Assembly (NCBI GenBank): GCA_021784815.1
Contig: JAJYHK010000005.1
Span: 25,917 to 89,916, forward strand
Length of the DNA stretch: 64,000 nucleotides
Source: a bacterium
GTDB lineage: Bacteria; Patescibacteriota; Minisyncoccia; Phycocordibacterales; Phycocordibacteraceae
Direction of reading: 5' to 3'
Position numbers and translations under genes: made by a program. Shown in pieces: positions 61,085-64,000 of the stretch. The stretch's first letter is position 1, and each line of letters starts with the position of its first letter. Under the pieces are notes generated by a model. The model searched no databases. It worked only from the letters and a program-made list of their open reading frames with translations, and was not told the DNA's origin.

Positions 61085-61841
61085 ATACGGTAACTGGCGT
61101 CGCGCCGCCGTTTTCGAGGATGATCGTGTGCTCGAAGCAGGCGACGCGCGAGCCGTCCTTCGTGACAAAAGAAAACCCGTCAGAGGCGAGCGTGATGGCT
61201 GCTTTCCCGATACCGACGATCGGCTCGATCGCGAGCACCATACCCTCCTCGAGCAGAGGCCCCGTCCCTGCCTTACCGAAATTGGGAATGAACGGTTCCT
61301 CGTGCACGAGTTCACCGAGACCGTGCCCGCCGAGCGCTTTGATAATAGTGAAGCCTGCCTTCTCGACCACGCGCTGCACCGCGTGGGATATGTCGCCTAC
61401 GCGGCCGTCGGGGACAGCGGCCGCAACCCCCGCCGAAAGAGCGGCCTTCGTCACGTCAAGCAGCTTCTGCGAGCGTTCGTCTACCTGCCCTACCGGCACG
61501 GTTATAGCAGAATCGACCACCATGCCGTCATGAACGAGACCAAGGTCGAGAATGACGATATCGCCCTCTTTGATGACCTTGGCAGCCTGCGGCAGGCCGT
61601 GGGCTGCCTCCTCATTTACCGATACACAAAGGCTCGCCGGATAGGGATGCATGCCGTCGGGCGCGTAGCCCAGAAACGCGGGTGTGTCGCCGCCATCGCG
61701 GATAAGCTTCTCAGCAAGGTCATCGAGACTCTGTGCCGAGACGCCCGGCGCAACCTGCTTGCCAAGCTCCTCCAATACGCGCGCAAGGCGCCTGCCGCCC
61801 TCAATGAGCGCCGTCCGCTGCCGATCGGTTGCAATAGTCAT
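61074..61841 (-). CDS. map: Methionine aminopeptidase type I
   Basis: CVSVNE..HG, DSAIT, GHGLG..HEEP, IEP, FEHT. Confidence 0.95.
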   Translation of the reverse strand: MTIATDRQRTALIEGGRRLARVLEELGKQVAPGVSAQSLDDLAEKLIRDGGDTPAFLGYAPDGMHPYPASLCVSVNEEAAHGLPQAAKVIKEGDIVILDLGLVHDGMVVDSAITVPVGQVDERSQKLLDVTKAALSAGVAAAVPDGRVGDISHAVQRVVEKAGFTIIKALGGHGLGELVHEEPFIPNFGKAGTGPLLEEGMVLAIEPIVGIGKAAITLASDGFSFVTKDGSRVACFEHTIILENGGATPVTVSSR

Positions 61842-62440
61842 GAAAGACCAAACCCAAGGGCATTACGAATATCCGCAGCAATAGCGTCCGGTCCCTGCTC
61901 GCCCCGTATATCAATGAGAACTCCCTTCTCGCGAAAGAAGTCAATGGCCTCAAGCGTATGCTCTTTGAACTCTTTGAAACGTATACGGATTTTCTCTTCC
62001 GAGTTGCTGTCAGGCCGACCGCCGAACTGAGCGCGGCTGAGCTGGCGGCGCATCGCTTCCTCCTCGCCCACTTCAAGGTTAAGGACGTTATACGGGCGAC
62101 CGAGCCAGGTCGCCACCTCGTCAAACAGCTCCGCTTCGGGGCGCCAGCGGCCCGTACCCTCGAATATCACGCCTGTGCCGTGCGGCAAGCGCAGAAGTGC
62201 GTCCTCGAAGAGATACTCCGCAAACCAGCTCGGCATGAGCCTCCCGGTGTCGTACACCTCTTTCACGCGCTCACCGAGCGCATCGCGATGCTCGCGCAAC
62301 TCGCGGAACCGCTCACCCGTGGAAAAAATGTGAAAGCCAGTATCATCGGCAAGCCGGCGTGCCTGGGTCTCCTTGCCGGAACCGGGTCGTCCGATAAAAA
62401 GGACGGTGCGCACCTGCATTTGGCTATGGGGCTGGGGCAT
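61838..62440 (-). CDS. adk: Adenylate kinase-like NMP kinase
   Basis: GRPGSGKETQA, STG, GRPD; position before map. Confidence 0.82.
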   Translation of the reverse strand: MPQPHSQMQVRTVLFIGRPGSGKETQARRLADDTGFHIFSTGERFRELREHRDALGERVKEVYDTGRLMPSWFAEYLFEDALLRLPHGTGVIFEGTGRWRPEAELFDEVATWLGRPYNVLNLEVGEEEAMRRQLSRAQFGGRPDSNSEEKIRIRFKEFKEHTLEAIDFFREKGVLIDIRGEQGPDAIAADIRNALGFGLS

Positions 62441-62465
62441 TATAGTGAAAGTCTAGCAAAGGCGG

Positions 62466-63056
62466 ATGAAAGCCGCTATACTGAACGCACACGTGAAGAA
62501 GAGCATTATCACGATAGCCGGCTCGATCGGAAGCGGTAAGTCGTCAACTGCAAGGGCACTCGCGAACGCGCTTGGGTACCAGCATTTTTCCTCAGGCGAC
62601 CTCATGCGCGCGATCGCTATGGAGCGTAACCTGTCGATCGAGGCAATCAACGCTTTCCCAGTCGATGAGCGTCGGGACATTGATGAGCACATCGACAACA
62701 TGCTGCGCGACCTTGGTGAAGGCGAGCATCTGGTCATCGACTCGCGAATGGCGTTCCGCTGGATCCCCGACTCCTTCAAACTCTTCCTCCATGTCGACCC
62801 GGAAACGGCGGCTGAGCGTATCTTCGCGCAGATTACGAACGACGGCCGTGTGGGCCAAAGCGGTTCCTCGATTGAAGAGATTCGAGCGGCGACCGAGACG
62901 CGCACTGAACAAGAGACGGCGCGCTACCGGACGCTCTACGGCGTCGACATCTACAACGAGTCGCAGTTCGATCTTGTCATCGATACAGTGGGGGATGACC
63001 TCTCAACGGTCGCTGCGACCGCCCTCGCCGCCTACCAGACTTGGCACGAAGGGTAA
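62466..63056 (+). CDS. cmk: Cytidylate kinase, archaeal type
   Basis: ITIAGSIGSGKS, SSGDLMR, VIDSR, RYRTLYGVD. Confidence 0.8.
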   Translation: MKAAILNAHVKKSIITIAGSIGSGKSSTARALANALGYQHFSSGDLMRAIAMERNLSIEAINAFPVDERRDIDEHIDNMLRDLGEGEHLVIDSRMAFRWIPDSFKLFLHVDPETAAERIFAQITNDGRVGQSGSSIEEIRAATETRTEQETARYRTLYGVDIYNESQFDLVIDTVGDDLSTVAATALAAYQTWHEG

Positions 63057-63132
63057 GCTGAAGAAGCAAGTAAAACGAACAAAATCCACGAACAGAGCCC
63101 GCGGGTTTTGTTCGTTTTGCGCTAGTTTTTCC

Positions 63133-64000
63133 CTAGTATTCCCGGAGCGACACCTGGGCGTCGATTTTTTGTGCGAGGTCGAGCGTCACCTGCACCGCAA
63201 TGAGAAGCGCCGTGCCACCGAGGACGAGCGTCGTGACGCCGGTAAGTCCCTGAATGATACTCGGCGCAACGGCAATGAGGCCAAGGAAGGCTGCTCCCGG
63301 GAGCGTCACGCGGTTCACCACCTGTGAGATGTACGTCTCGGTCTCGTGGCCCGGACGCACGCCCGGCACGAAGGCGCCGGTCTTTTGGAGGTTCTCCGCG
63401 ACACGGTGCGGCTCAAAAGTGACCGCCGTGTAGAAGTAGGTAAAGAGTACGACGAGGAAGAAGTAGGCGACGCCGTACTCCCAGGGATTAGCAAGGAAGG
63501 TCGCATACCACAGCGAAGCGCCTGAAGCAAAAGAAACGTGTGCTGCAGAAAGCATAGTGAGTGCCATTTGCGGGAGTAAGAGGAGTGAGAGCGCGAAGAT
63601 AATAGGAATCACGCCCGCCTGAAGGAGGCGAATCGGCAGGTAGGTATCGGCGCCCTGCGCCATAGCCGCACCGCGTACCGCACGGGCGTACGCAATCGGG
63701 ATTGAACGCTCGGCATCGGATACGACGACCACCGCATAGATCATGACGAGCGCAAGCGCGAGGAACGCGATGTATGCCGGAATGTTCGCTGCTGTAGAAG
63801 CATAGACCGCTTGGGAGATACCGGAGGGCACGCGCGCCATGATGCCCGCGAGGATGATGAGCGAGACGCCATTGCCGATGCCGAACTCGGTCACGAGCTC
63901 GCCGATCCACATGAGCAGCAGCGAGCCGCCTACGACGAGCGCGATATTCGCAATGAACGCGACCGCGCCCAGACGCGCAATGACTCCCTGGCTCTCAAGC
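63133..64000 (-). CDS. secY: Preprotein translocase SecY (5' end outside the window)
   Basis: GIGNGVSLII, AGVIPIIFA, VPGVRPG, GGTALLI. Confidence 0.96.
   Translation of the reverse strand, partial: LESQGVIARLGAVAFIANIALVVGGSLLLMWIGELVTEFGIGNGVSLIILAGIMARVPSGISQAVYASTAANIPAYIAFLALALVMIYAVVVVSDAERSIPIAYARAVRGAAMAQGADTYLPIRLLQAGVIPIIFALSLLLLPQMALTMLSAAHVSFASGASLWYATFLANPWEYGVAYFFLVVLFTYFYTAVTFEPHRVAENLQKTGAFVPGVRPGHETETYISQVVNRVTLPGAAFLGLIAVAPSIIQGLTGVTTLVLGGTALLIAVQVTLDLAQKIDAQVSLREY

Overview
A Patescibacteria (CPR, Parcubacteria-like) chromosome segment. This assignment is inferred from the type IV pilus/competence locus, the RnfD-FNR flavinylation module, the gene order and the many SD-less genes with a -10 box close to the start. 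The first ~12 kb is an accessory array downstream of a minus-strand initiator tRNA-Met. It is cut into integrase-free cassettes by four copies of a conserved junction. Each junction has a terminator hairpin and a GCGTCACAACCGTGTT core; three continue into a tRNA-sized segment ending in TTCGATTCC, and the fourth continues into the tRNA itself. The tRNA-proximal cassette holds three class IIb aminoacyl-tRNA synthetase genes, an amidohydrolase and a HIT hydrolase. The synthetases are an AspRS under an apparent Asp T-box with an ultrashort Stem I, a second AspRS, and an AsnRS paralog with a rewritten substrate pocket. The rest is mostly core: gatCA, ligA, a pil cluster with comF, tRNA-Ser with an integrase remnant, two ECF sigma/anti-sigma pairs, ApbE flavinylation genes, groESL, rnj, mutY, nth, infC-rpmI-rplT, ndk, map, adk and secY. 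It also contains a 6S-like ncRNA, two copies of a MITE-like element and a few frameshifted genes. All calls are from reading motifs by eye; no searches were run.
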